Shown: positions 1-33,200 of the stretch, piece after piece | Layout of the letters: the number at the start of each line of letters is the position of its first letter | Position numbering within the stretch: the stretch's first letter is position 1 | Assembly: GCA_903813345.2 (NCBI GenBank) | Contig: CAIIXF020000001.1 | Coordinates: 13,268,001-13,332,000 of the forward strand | DNA length: 64,000 nt | Source: Owenia fusiformis | Lineage: Eukaryota | Direction of reading: 5' to 3' | Position numbers and translations under genes: made by a program | The notes under the pieces: model-generated | Databases searched by the model: none | Told to the model about the DNA's origin: nothing | What the model saw: the letters and a program-made list of their open reading frames with translations, nothing else

Positions 1-1205
1 GCCTGTATGGGTGGAGTCAAACTAAACCTACTAAAGTAAGCACATTCGAGTATAGAAATATGACATACATAGCCTGTATGGGTGGAGTCAAACTAAACCT
101 ACATTAGAGTAAGTACATTAGAGTAAAGACAATATGACACACAGCCTGTATGGGTGGAGTCAAACTAACCCTACATTAGAGTAAGTACATTAGAGTTAAG
201 ACAATATGACACACATAGCCTGTATGGATGGAGTCAAACTAAACCTACTAAAGTAAGCACATTCGAGTATAGACAATATGACACACATAGCCTGTATGGG
301 TGGAGTCAAACTAAACCTACATTAGATTAAGTGCATTAGAGTATAGAAATATGACATACATAGCCTGTATGGGTGGAGTCAAACTAAACCTACTAAAGTA
401 AGCACATTCGAGTATAGACAATATGACACACATAGCCTGTATGGGTGGAGTCAAACTAAACCTACTTAAGTAAGCACACACGAGTATAGACAATATGACA
501 CACATAGCCTGTATGGGTGGAGTCAAACTAAACCTACATTAGATTAAGTGCATTAGAGTATAGAAATATGACATACATAGCCTGTATGGGTGGAGTCAAA
601 CTAAACCTACATTAGAGTAAGTACATTAGAGTAAAGACAATATGACACACAGCCTGTATGGGTGGAGTCAAACTAACCCTACATTAGAGTAAGTACATTA
701 GAGTATAGACAATATGACACACATAGCCTGTATGGGTGGAGTCAAACTAACCCTACATTAGAGTAAGTACATTAGAGTAAAGACAATATGACACACAGCC
801 TGTATGGGTGGAGTCAAACTAACCCTACATTAGAGTTAGTACATTAGAGTAAAGACAATATGACACACAGCCTGTATGGGTGGAGTCAAACTAAACCTAC
901 ATTAGAGTTAGTACATTAGAGTATAGAAATATGACATACATAGCCTGTATGGGTGGAGTCAAACTAAACCTACATTAGATTAAGTGCATTAGAGTATAGA
1001 AATATGACATACATAGCCTGTATGGGTGGAGTCAAACTAACCCTACATTAGAGTAAGTACATTAGAGTAAAGACAATATGACACACAGCCTGTATGGGTG
1101 GAGTCAAACTAACCCTACATTAGAGTAAGTACATTAGAGTAAAGACAATATGACACATAGCCTGTATGGGTGGAGTCAAACTAAACCTACATTAGAGTAA
1201 GTACA
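1..1205. repeat. Intronic minisatellite, ~72-bp unit, ~17 copies (runs off window start)
   Basis: Unit gcctgtatgggtggagtcaaactaaacctac...aatatgacacaca(ta) recurs at 1, 72, 144, 218, 290 and onward to ~1205, with a few alternating variants. Confidence 0.97.
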
Positions 1206-1332
1206 TCAAAAGGCAAAGGCCAAAGGGTCGATGAAGTGTTGGTTCAATCTGTCTATTAGTAATGTTGTCATATAATGTAATCATGTTACATTTTTATTGT
1301 TATTGTAATCATATTATCCTTCATAATTCTAG

Positions 1333-22419
<21,087 letters not shown>

Positions 22420-22910
22420 CTGCTATCGCACCATATCATGACACATCCGCAGCTGCCGAGACATAATGGAGATTATTATCATATAGGAGCTGTTTAGATA
22501 TTAATCAATTAATTGATATTAATGAAACGAAGGATTATGATAGAATAATAAGAATGTTCATAAAGAACATATAACATTTGCAAAAGATATATTATTTAAT
22601 ATTAGGTATATTCATCAATTACAAATGACTGTTATACAAGTATCATTTATGTTCTAGTTGAGTGTTCTAGTTTTTGTAAGCATTCTTGTGTAAATATGAA
22701 AAGGATATATTATATTCATAACTATCACTATTTCTATCCATTCGTTATTTGTTCCAATGTGTATTTTAATATTTCAATATACATAAAAACGTCCATGTTT
22801 TTATTTGGTGATTCATTTAAAGACATAAAGTATGAAATACCACGAAGGATCATGTAGTAAGAAAGGCTATCGTGAACCTTTCTATAATCCTGGATAATTA
22901 CATAACTGTT

Positions 22911-25878
22911 TTACAGCACAGATTTTTCAGCAGTTGTTGTTTCGAATACGGGTGAGGTAGGGATATCGTTAGCAGGACCATCTGGCTCATAAGAATGATT
23001 AATAAAAACGGGTTGAAAATTTAAAGGAGACTCCTCATTACGTTCTGATTTCACAACATTTATAGGAACTGTAGTTGGGCGATCGAGTACTGGATTGGAA
23101 AACAAATCTGGTTGGTTAACAATCGAACATGCATCTTTAGACAGTTTCTTGGTCGAAGACGTGACCTGTAGTGGGACGCTCTCAGTCCAAGAGTCGACTG
23201 ATTGTCCACTTCCTACACGTTTATCTCTATAAGAATCGTCATCATATGTTTTTTTATACTTTGCCACGAAATCTCCATCAACTCCAGGTTCTTTTCTCAT
23301 TGCTGTTTTTGATGAATCAGTAAGTCTTACAGCGTTGAATCGCTGAAACTTGGGATTCTCCACAATTGCCACAGATGTCAATGCCAAATTTCTCTTCCTG
23401 TAAGAAAATGAGAACAGAATCACAATGATGTTACGTAAAATGCCTCTTTAATTAGGAAACTCATCCTTCCAGATTTCGGATGTTACACAAACTCGCATTC
23501 AACTGCGTCTGTAATGAACGAAGCCCAAACCATTCATTATGTTTGAGTAAAACTAGATAAATAGGTTCAATATCATATTTGTCAAGTTTCGATATTATTG
23601 CTTGTGAAACACTAAAGAACTCACCTCTTGTATATGAATATACTCGCTGCTAATATAATCACAATCAACACACAACAACCAGCTACAGAGACCCCTATTG
23701 TCAAACCTATTCAAAGTATAATTTAAAAAATACAAAGAATAATTAATTGGGGCCTTTGAGGTAGGCTGAATAGCTTATCTGGTCAATTTATTGCTTAACG
23801 TTTCAGATAGATGGCAGTCAAAGTAGAAAATATTGGGCTCTATCTACCCTAAAAAGAGCCCTTTGTCTATTTGGATGAGAGTCAACTTCGAAGAATAGCA
23901 TAACGCATATTTTAGCCAACATTATCGATATCAATTTCATTATTATCTCAATAATTTAGAAGGATACAAATGATACAACAATCACTTTATCAAACAATGT
24001 ACACAATGTTATCCTTACCAAGAGGCCAAGGCTTTCTACGGTCACCTACATTAGCAATCTGCCCCGATCCACTTATATTTAAGGATATTGTTGCAGGATA
24101 AGAGTAACGTGTATTATCAGTTTCCGAAGTCTTGGTCAATTCCAGAAATGCCTGTGTGGACAAATCGTTCTGATGAGTACTGATAGAGAACTCTGTCCTT
24201 GCGTATTTTGTTGATGAGTGCTCCGATGTATTGATCGCTAGTTCCGACGATGTCACTGCCTGATTAACAACTGCTGGTGTTGATGTGTGTGAAGTCGATA
24301 CGACGTCAGTTAGAACTGTCAGTGGTTTGGTTATTAATATAGATGTCTCTGTTGTTTTGGATTCGGGTAGACTATGGTTAGATACCAACGCAGTCGACAG
24401 TGTCCGTGATTCTGTTACAACCACAGTATGAGTAACTTCTGAAGATTGTGATGGTACAATAACATTATTGTCAAATGTAGTCGTGGTAGTTGTGGCATTT
24501 ATAGTCACAGTTGTGGATTGGTTGGATTCATTTGTGTCATTTCCTGAGCTGGGTTGTGCAACTTCCTCTACAGTTGTCGTCAGGTTTGGACTAACAACTG
24601 TTGTTTCATTATGAGAGTAGTTTGACTGATGATGATCAACACCGACATATTCTGTTGACATTTCTGAAATAAACCAATCATAATCAATGGTTCATTAATT
24701 AATCAGCGTTCAACCTTAAGGAAAAGTCAAATTTATTTGAAAATCAGTAAACAGTATCCGTGATAACTTTGCTCCAATGAATAAAAAATCGTGAAAATTA
24801 AAGGCACTGATAATGCTTATTATAGAAAGATGTCTTGCCTGCGATATCATCTCTTACTTGAACAATAAGAGACGTGGAAGAGGTGCCATAAAACTGGTTG
24901 TTCATCAAATATCTATAATGTTGTGATCAGTTTTCTAGTATTTTATAATAAACATTGATTCGATCGATGTGGTTCGCTGCCAAGTATTATTTCAATATTT
25001 GATACCATCAGTCATTATTCAATGCAAGGATCATCATCAATAATATTTGATTGGAGTTTGATTTATTACACGCTGTATATGTACCTGATTGCATCTGCCT
25101 TTGTAAATAACTTGTTTGTTATTCTGAAAGTTAGGGTTACTTCATTTGATGTATCGTTTGTCGCAATAAATAAATTAAATAGAAAACAAAGCTCAGACAA
25201 TTACAAAACCGTAGTAAGAATGCAGATCACGATGACAGATTATATAGAACTAGTTAAAATATTGCATTTTTCACAACTGAGGTTATAAACTGATAGCTCG
25301 AATTTCGAATTGTGCGAAAATCACAACCTCTTAATCCTTGTACAGGATTTTCTCGGGTTTTTGGAATATATGAGTCCAAAACAGAGAGCTTTAGGGAGGC
25401 ATCGAGCTGAAGGAAGACACAAAATCCAAAAACATATCAACAGCTTAAATCAATCAGGCCTAGAGCAGTGTAGAATCATACACATACATATAGATTATTA
25501 AAAAAACCTATAACGTCACAGAAATATATGAATCCAAAATACGAGTCGGCTATGTAAAATTATCCATTGAAAATAAAAATGAAACATAAGAAACTGTATT
25601 GATTGAAATTATCTTTTTAGTTAAAACAACTATTCTATTGATGCTAATGTACTTATAAGTTTGAAACAATATTTATAACCATAGCTAATACAACTATATT
25701 TATTATTGCTTTATTGATGTTATATCTGAAACAATATTTATTTTAACTTCTAATACTTACCCACCAAAGTCCCTTTCAACGGCGCTCCATAAATCAGCTT
25801 ACTTGTCAATGCAAAGGAAAGGGATATAGACAGGAATAACATTGTCAAAGTGTTTCTTCTTTTCAAAACGGACATCAT
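22911..25878 (-). CDS. Single-pass type I membrane protein with Ser/Thr-rich (mucin-like) ectodomain
   Basis: Exons (minus): 25878-25761 (MMSVLKRRNTLTMLFLSISLSFALT..., signal-peptide-like), 24663-24019 (T/S-rich, several N-x-S/T), 23706-23625 (TM: LTIGVSVAGCCVLIVIILAASIFIY-KR), 23397-22911 (cytoplasmic tail ending EKSVL*). Phases 1/1/2 all join in frame. Confidence 0.85.
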
Positions 25879-26217
25879 TCCAATTATGATATTCTCCTTG
25901 TTTGGGTTAGAAAGAAAAAATAATACCCGATGGCCTTTGTAGAATTTATGCTTAAGATAGCAATTTGATTCCTCAATCCATGATTATATATTGAAAAATG
26001 TTTTGAATATTTTGGCCTTCGCATAACTGTCCCGAATTCAAGACATGCCCCCAAAATCTTGGGCGATAAAACCAAGGACATTAGGAAGGTGTTTTATGTG
26101 GATCTGGTCACTTATCATTTTTAATATAAACATTGCAGTACAACCATCAATGAACTCGTCATTATGGGAAAGCACACGTCACAAAAACTAACAAACAAAT
26201 CAAAATTATCACATATA

Positions 26218-26571
26218 CACTCCCCTCCATACGTTTGGCAACCTTAGCTCCCTCATTGAACTACGTGTTGAAGACTTTTTGTGTTTGAACTTTTATTGAC
26301 ATAACCATGGGCTTTCTAGTTGAAAGCCCATGACATAACCCACGAGGAAAATACTTGGGAATGAAGATTTTCAAAAAATTATCAATTTTCGACCTATTGT
26401 AATCGAGGAAAAAATTTAGAAAATTTGGAGGCATTGGGAATGAAGTTACATTTCCATCAATATTATTAGTATTTTTCTCACGGGTTATGTAAATAAAAAT
26501 TCAAACATAAAGAGGATTTAACACGTAATTCAATGAGGGAGCTAAGGTTGTCACACTTTTGGAGGGGAGTG
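26218..26571. mobile_element. Tc1/mariner-type MITE (CACTCCCCTCC family)
   Basis: TA|cactcccctccatacgtttggcaaccttagctccctcattgaa ... ttcaatgagggagctaaggttgtcacacttttggaggggagtg|TA. A longer relative lies at 47553-48343. Confidence 0.88.
26299..26339. mobile_element. 27-bp TIR remnant with 7-bp direct repeats (probable P-like excision footprint)
   Basis: acataac|catgggctttctagttgaaagcccatg|acataac. The opposite arm of the host MITE has a single acataac and no insert. Confidence 0.7.
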
Positions 26572-27204
26572 TATATACCAGATAATATACAAATACTTGG
26601 CTAAGAGACTCCTACTTCCTAATCAAAGTCACTGTCCTTATTTTAATCTTTTTTATTTAATTTGAAATAAAAATTAATTGGTTCACATATTTTGATTCAT
26701 ATCTAATATTAAAACTAAACTATTTAATTTTAAATTGGTCAATTGCTCGAGACAATTCACTTAATGAATCCGAAATTAAGATTTAAACTCTCGGGCTTTA
26801 ACACACTATCCAATTAAAGTTATCTAAGTTATCCAGTTTTCTAAACACTTATAGAGCCGAGTAACAAGGGGACATTATACTCTTTGTTGTTTGGAACTTC
26901 ACAACTGGCTAAATGACTATTCAGAATGGATGAAAAACTTGCTCACTTCAGTTTCGGCAACTCAAGTTGAAACACGGGCCAACTTCCATAGTGATCCAAC
27001 ACATATCATTTGATTTACCATATCGGCATTTATTATTTTTGATCATAACAATTTTAAAAGATGTGTTCCGGAATAGATGGGTGTTATCGGGAATGTATAA
27101 GTAGTATGACCTTTTATTAGGCTACCTCAATGATCAAGAGAGTGAAAAATATAAGGCGTACATTTCCGCCATTTTGGATTTTTGGAAATCAATGTTTCCG
27201 TCCA

Positions 27205-30200
27205 TTAACGACGTCCCGTCGTTGCCCAATTATAGGTCATTGCACTTTGTTGAACAAGTTTCATTTTTATTTCTTCTGTTTTTGATTGACTGGAGGCAAT
27301 AACATCATTTAAGGGTGGTCCTTCGTCTTGATAATCATATTCATTTTCTATTTCCATCTTCTGGAGAATCAACTTGACGAGGTTACTCTGTTTAGTAACA
27401 TTATCAGCGAGTTTATCTAACCTAAAAAACATTTATTCCGGCTTAATTAATGCATTTCTGCGTTAAACAAGCCAAGGTGGCATTAGCATATCATGTACAC
27501 TTGGATTCCTGGACACCATATTCATACCTTGTCGTTTCAAGTTGTCTCGCATCCTTTTCATGAATTTCTTTTACCAATTTCAATTGAACAAAAGATAAAT
27601 TTTACAATTACTTACAATAAATTACTTTTTTGGGGGGACATTTCATTTCCATTGATGACAGGTTTGGGCAGAATAACCTCAAAAATTGCAAAGGGATTAA
27701 CCCTTGGTATTTTCATCAAATTAGTGGAGATGGCAATACTAGCAAACAGCGATATAGCAATCTCTCTTGGTAAATACATAAAGAACAAGACATCTGATAT
27801 ATTGCTATCCAAATACGAAGTCAAGTTGGATCATCAATCTCAAAAATTCTATGAATTACTAGAATAGTGAATGATTTACCTTTGTTGCTGTTTGAATATT
27901 TCTTCAACGATGTACTGTTCTGCAGTATCTAGTCCATCATTGTCGTCCTGGCAACAGCGGAAAGTTTCATTGTACATAGACGTTGATAACCCATGCTGGA
28001 AGTAAATGGATACGCCAAGAGATTGAAGTATTAAAAGTAAAATATAGATCTTATTTGAAATTAATTCTATTGATGACCATTCAAAACCCTTTAGGGACAT
28101 TGAATATGTTGTTAGCTTTTTTCGAAATCAAATTTAAAGTAACCCATTGTAAATTATTTTGGGTTTCAAATCTTTCAAATGCATTCATGTACTGCCACAT
28201 ATGTCATAATCATTTTTCAAGTCCATTTCGAAAGAAAATGAGATTCAGTCTGAACTCACACAAAGAGGCGCACAAAAATAGGTACAAAACATTAATGATA
28301 ATGGTAAAATCGGAAAAATAAAGGTAAAAATAATGTTATTTATACATTACCCAAAATCTTTTTTTGCTTTGGTCAACTTTTATTGAGGATTTGGATATTT
28401 TGTCTAATATCCTCTGAGGCAATCGTTCCTCGACGCTTGTAAGTAGATCTACCTGTAATATAAAACAAGGATGACAAGAAAACAGTGTTATTAATTTTGC
28501 TATTTTTGGTAAAGCTATGGGATTTTGCTGTCAGTAATTGGTAAAGCTATTGGCAAATCCCCAGTTTTTAAGATGGGAGTTCTTTCTTGACCTTAATACC
28601 CCGAGCAGATATGAAAACTTGCTTAACGTTGATATGATTCGGGTATACATCAATAACATGTAAATATGCACCTTACATGGAACAAATAACAAAGCTATCT
28701 CAAAGCTATGGCTTTCATAAATGCCAACTGGACATAGATTTATTTAACGCTTAAAGATGCATTATACCATAGGTTTCTCCCCCGGACAATCAATTAGTGT
28801 TACGCGCATTTCGATATTATGAGCATGTTTTGTAAATGGCCATAAAATTTTGGCTATATGTTTGTATGAGGCGCAATTTGAAAAAAATATGCTTTATTAT
28901 GTACCTGAACTTAAAAGTATGACTGTTGCAAATGTCTGAATGAATGGAGGTGGTGTGAAAAATATCTGAATTGTTCTAATTATTGTACTTGTAATGTTTG
29001 AATAGAGAAAAAAAAAAAATAAATAAAAATAAATAAAATTTTGGCTATTAGGGATAGATCAATGACACTTAGTAGAACGAAATTAACATTGAACAAGGTC
29101 TAATCCTGCCAAATATTTATGATGATTTTAAACCCATGCTGAATGATTGAGTTATTAACATACATTTGGTTGGGTTACCTTTTTTGGCTCACCCTGTAGT
29201 TGCTGTGGTATCAGTGACCGTACATCAAACAGTATACATAGTATTTATCGTATGATCTGTAGAATGAAGCCTTCTGATTGGTCAGTTCTTGTGCTGTACC
29301 AATCTGTATTGCTATTGAGATTGTCCCCATTGATCATCTCCATCGCAATACAGAAATTATTGTTGCAGAGGGGACATTCTCAGTAGCAATACAGATGATC
29401 AGACTCTTCTCTGATCTGCTCTCGATATTCTGTATTGGCACTCGACTTCGTCTTGTTCCAATACGGAATTTCTCAAGCAGATATATATCCTGTATTGCAC
29501 TTCAACATATAGTATTGCTTGCCGGGGTATTCACTCTACTATACCTTGCATTTGGTGTTCATGAGCAACCCATTTGGCTTATTAGTAATGATTAATATGT
29601 TATTTGTTTTTATTTGTCTGTTCCTTTTAATGGTTTATCGGATGATTGTTCGAAGGTACTTTCAAAAATATACTTTAAAACGATACAATTAGACAAACAG
29701 AGTGTATTGCTACTGAGATTGTCCCCACTGATCATCTTCGTCGCAATACAGAAAATATTGGTACGGAGGGGACATTCTCAGTAGCAATACAGGATCACAC
29801 ACGACAAAAACGTTATAGAATGATTTTCACAAATGTGACGGAGGTGCTAGAATTGTGCAAAAAATAAATATAATACTGTAACTGCGCATGCGTTGTAACT
29901 ACATGAACTCCCACTCAGAACCTCCCTGCTTTAGAATCCAGTTCCCATTATATTCTACCAAATATCCTATTATGTCAAAGAACTGGTTTGACTAATGGGA
30001 AAGTCACACTCCATCCTATCTTGCGGCGAACTCAGTTTTCAACAGAATAGAATCATTCACAACAGAATATTTACAGTTCATTTGTAGCATAGAAAGCCCA
30101 TGTTTGTAGGTAGGATCAACTTGTGATTATCCTGGGATTTTATAAATAACAAACCTATCACGTTTCTTTATTGATCAGTATATTATTAGTTAATCAGTTC

Positions 30201-33200
30201 AACAACGTGATCTAACATCGCCGACATTCTTCAACTTATCTTGGATTAAGAGGCAGCTAATACCCCCCCCCCCCACTAATGACACGACATACTTGTACCT
30301 TTAAGTTGCCCCTACACGTACCTGCATCTTTAAGCGCTTCAACCTCGCAGTTTTCTTTACTTCTTCAATATCGCCTATAGCCAAACCGATCTGAAAATAG
30401 AAAGGACAATTATCTAACTGAATTAAGGTATCAAAAAATACGATCAAGGTCTTCGTGGCATTTTTACACGAATCAATATCCTTTCCATTCTGATACGCCC
30501 ACGTTGCCCTGACATTTCTAAAACCGGTAATACAGTAGTCTGTAAAACAAGAAGGATTCTTTTTTATTAATTAGGCTTGTTGTATGTTAAAAGGGGAACT
30601 ATTCTGGACTTAATTAATGCGATACTTACTATTTTTATACAAAGATGATTATTTACAAAGTTAAATATAGGTAATATTACTGCTGAATAAAAAATGTTAA
30701 ATGAAAATATGGCAAACGATAAAATCACGTGTTATTTAACAAATAGCCTATACTATCTAAAAAAATGATACCACCGTGTATACTTTATTTCCAAGATTTA
30801 GAGTGTCATAATTGCGCCATACTTGAGTAGTCCCTCGCGTTCAAACAAGGCTTTTCTGCTTGAGCTTCTTTAAAAAAACAAATTCCAAACCGAAGGTGTA
30901 TTTTAAACTAACTATAATTCGAAACTTAGCTCATTTGTAGGTTGAAATCGAGAGAAAACAAAAATCCCTACCGAACTCGAACTTTAGGGCAGTTCCTCAA
31001 TTTTTAATACTAGCGTCAAAGTAACTACATGTGTGGGCGGGGAACAATTTTACATGTATGGCTATCTATGGTTTAAGCTATTTTGCTAATGTAGGTCTAC
31101 TTAACATAGTTTCTTTAATATATGGAAAAAACATAGCTATTAGATAGACAAGGTGTGTCAAATTCCAGCAAATCAGAACACATTTCAAATAATGTGGATG
31201 CTTGAAATACTGAACCACGCACCCAATCCAATGCACCCAGATTTTTTGATTCTAGTGAAACTGATATGAATTTCATCAAGTGAAATTCAATGTATAGTAC
31301 CATAGGGAAAAACAAGCTTAGGTGCTTATGTAGGTCAGATGGCTGAATGTCAAATGTTGACCTACATGTAGCAGGGGCGGATCCAGGATTTTGCGTTAGG
31401 GGGGCGTGTGATAATAACTGTGAGCAAATTAAAAAAAGAGTCAAATTTTGTAATACTAGTAAGTGAAGAGGCAAAACACGAATTTTCCGACTTTTTAGGG
31501 GGGGGGGCGTGCGCCCCCCACGCCCCCGTCTAGATCCGCTGGTGTGCAGTTAAGCCTTGCAGAAACGTTTCAGAAAAAAGTATCAACATGAGCATTCATA
31601 ATAAGGTTCAATTTCTGATTTCCGACAAAAACTTAATTATTTAGGTTTAGGTAAAATTAGAAGTATTAAGAGTACATACTAGTAGATAATTTGCCTGTCA
31701 ACTTACAATCGGTAGGCCTGATTTATTATTGACGTTCCGAGTTACATAAAGACACCCCAGCTGTACCAACTACTATTCGCCTACTTGCGCACGAGAAGGA
31801 TACGGTGAGCGTATAGGCGAGGAGTTTGGAATTGAATGAAGCTGTATTCTAGGCTTACACTCCCCTCAAAAAGTTTAATTTAATTTGTAGCAAACCTAAA
31901 ATAAGACTGGGAATATGGATTGAAATCTTACAGACTGCACCCTTAGTCATTTCGAAAAATAATGTGCGCTTCCATAAACTATTTTATTATATTAGTACTA
32001 TATAGTAAAAAAGAGATCACTTGAAAGAGATTTAAGGTATACTTATGAAATTGGTCGATGGTTAGTCCAAATAAAATGTATTTCTAAGATACGGGATGAA
32101 CGATTATTTGATTTGCGACAAGCCCATCATTTCTGACTGGGTTAATTTCCCATTTCATGATTTCTTAAATGTGCAAATATTGTTTATAAATCATTGAATG
32201 AGGTGTCAATTAATTAAGTGCTGTTTGAACTCATGGATTCGTTAGATTCAAATTTAGCCATACGCAATATTCTGCGTGGCGCCGTACACGTACATTTCAA
32301 ACATTTACTGGGTATGCACTGTACCATGGCAACAGACGACGTCGCCTATTTCTTATACATAGTTCTGAATAAAAAGACGAGTTCTTCATCCATTCTCAAT
32401 GTTTTTCAAGCAGCTTCTTGTGATTTCACCTTTGAACTCAAACATTAACAACAAAAACGAAAATGTTACGCATATACTTTACATAGGATACAGGGTTATA
32501 CGAGGTCATATGTTTCATTCGACCAACGCATCAATGGCTAAAATGTAGTCAATTGTATATGGAAAAATCTCCAGTGTCCATTGTTTGTTCATCTCATTTA
32601 CCATACCCGTCTATAACGCAAACCACACGCATGTGGTACAACCACTGTGATAAAAGTGATAAAAGTTAAATTGATTACTACAATTCCAATTACGACAAGG
32701 GTTATATAAATAGAAAAAGAATTATCACTGATCATATGTTTATCTAACTGACGTGTTTATCGTCTGTGAGAAAGGAGATGAAATATCTTGATGGCAAGGC
32801 AGATTCCTATCTTATACAAAAGAATAGAATAGCACAAAACGTAATTAATATCATCTCAACTGTTGCGGCCCTGTTCACAACGAACAGATAAGATTCCAAT
32901 GTGCTATAGCATCCGGTATGTGAGCTCAAGAGTGAACTAATTTGAAAAACTAAAGTCAGGTGTCGGAACAAAAAACTAATAGGAGGATTTTAAGGATAAA
33001 ACGCAATGGAGCAATATGGGTTTGATTTCAACTTGCTCCAGCTGGAAACTATGAATTGTCATCTACTTCAACCTACATAGGTGTCCTCAGTAACTGCTCC
33101 ACATCAAATTACATGACACCACGCAACCTGTAACCAGATAACAAGAATACACCGGGAATTAAACTGGATTATGACGAGTTTAATTATAGATTAATTCAAA

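Noticed and set aside
1-1205. CRISPR-like regular repeat array and ORF 317-526
   Set aside because: The sequence between the conserved cores is itself repeated (no unique spacers), the context is a eukaryotic intron, and the ORF is only the translated minisatellite.
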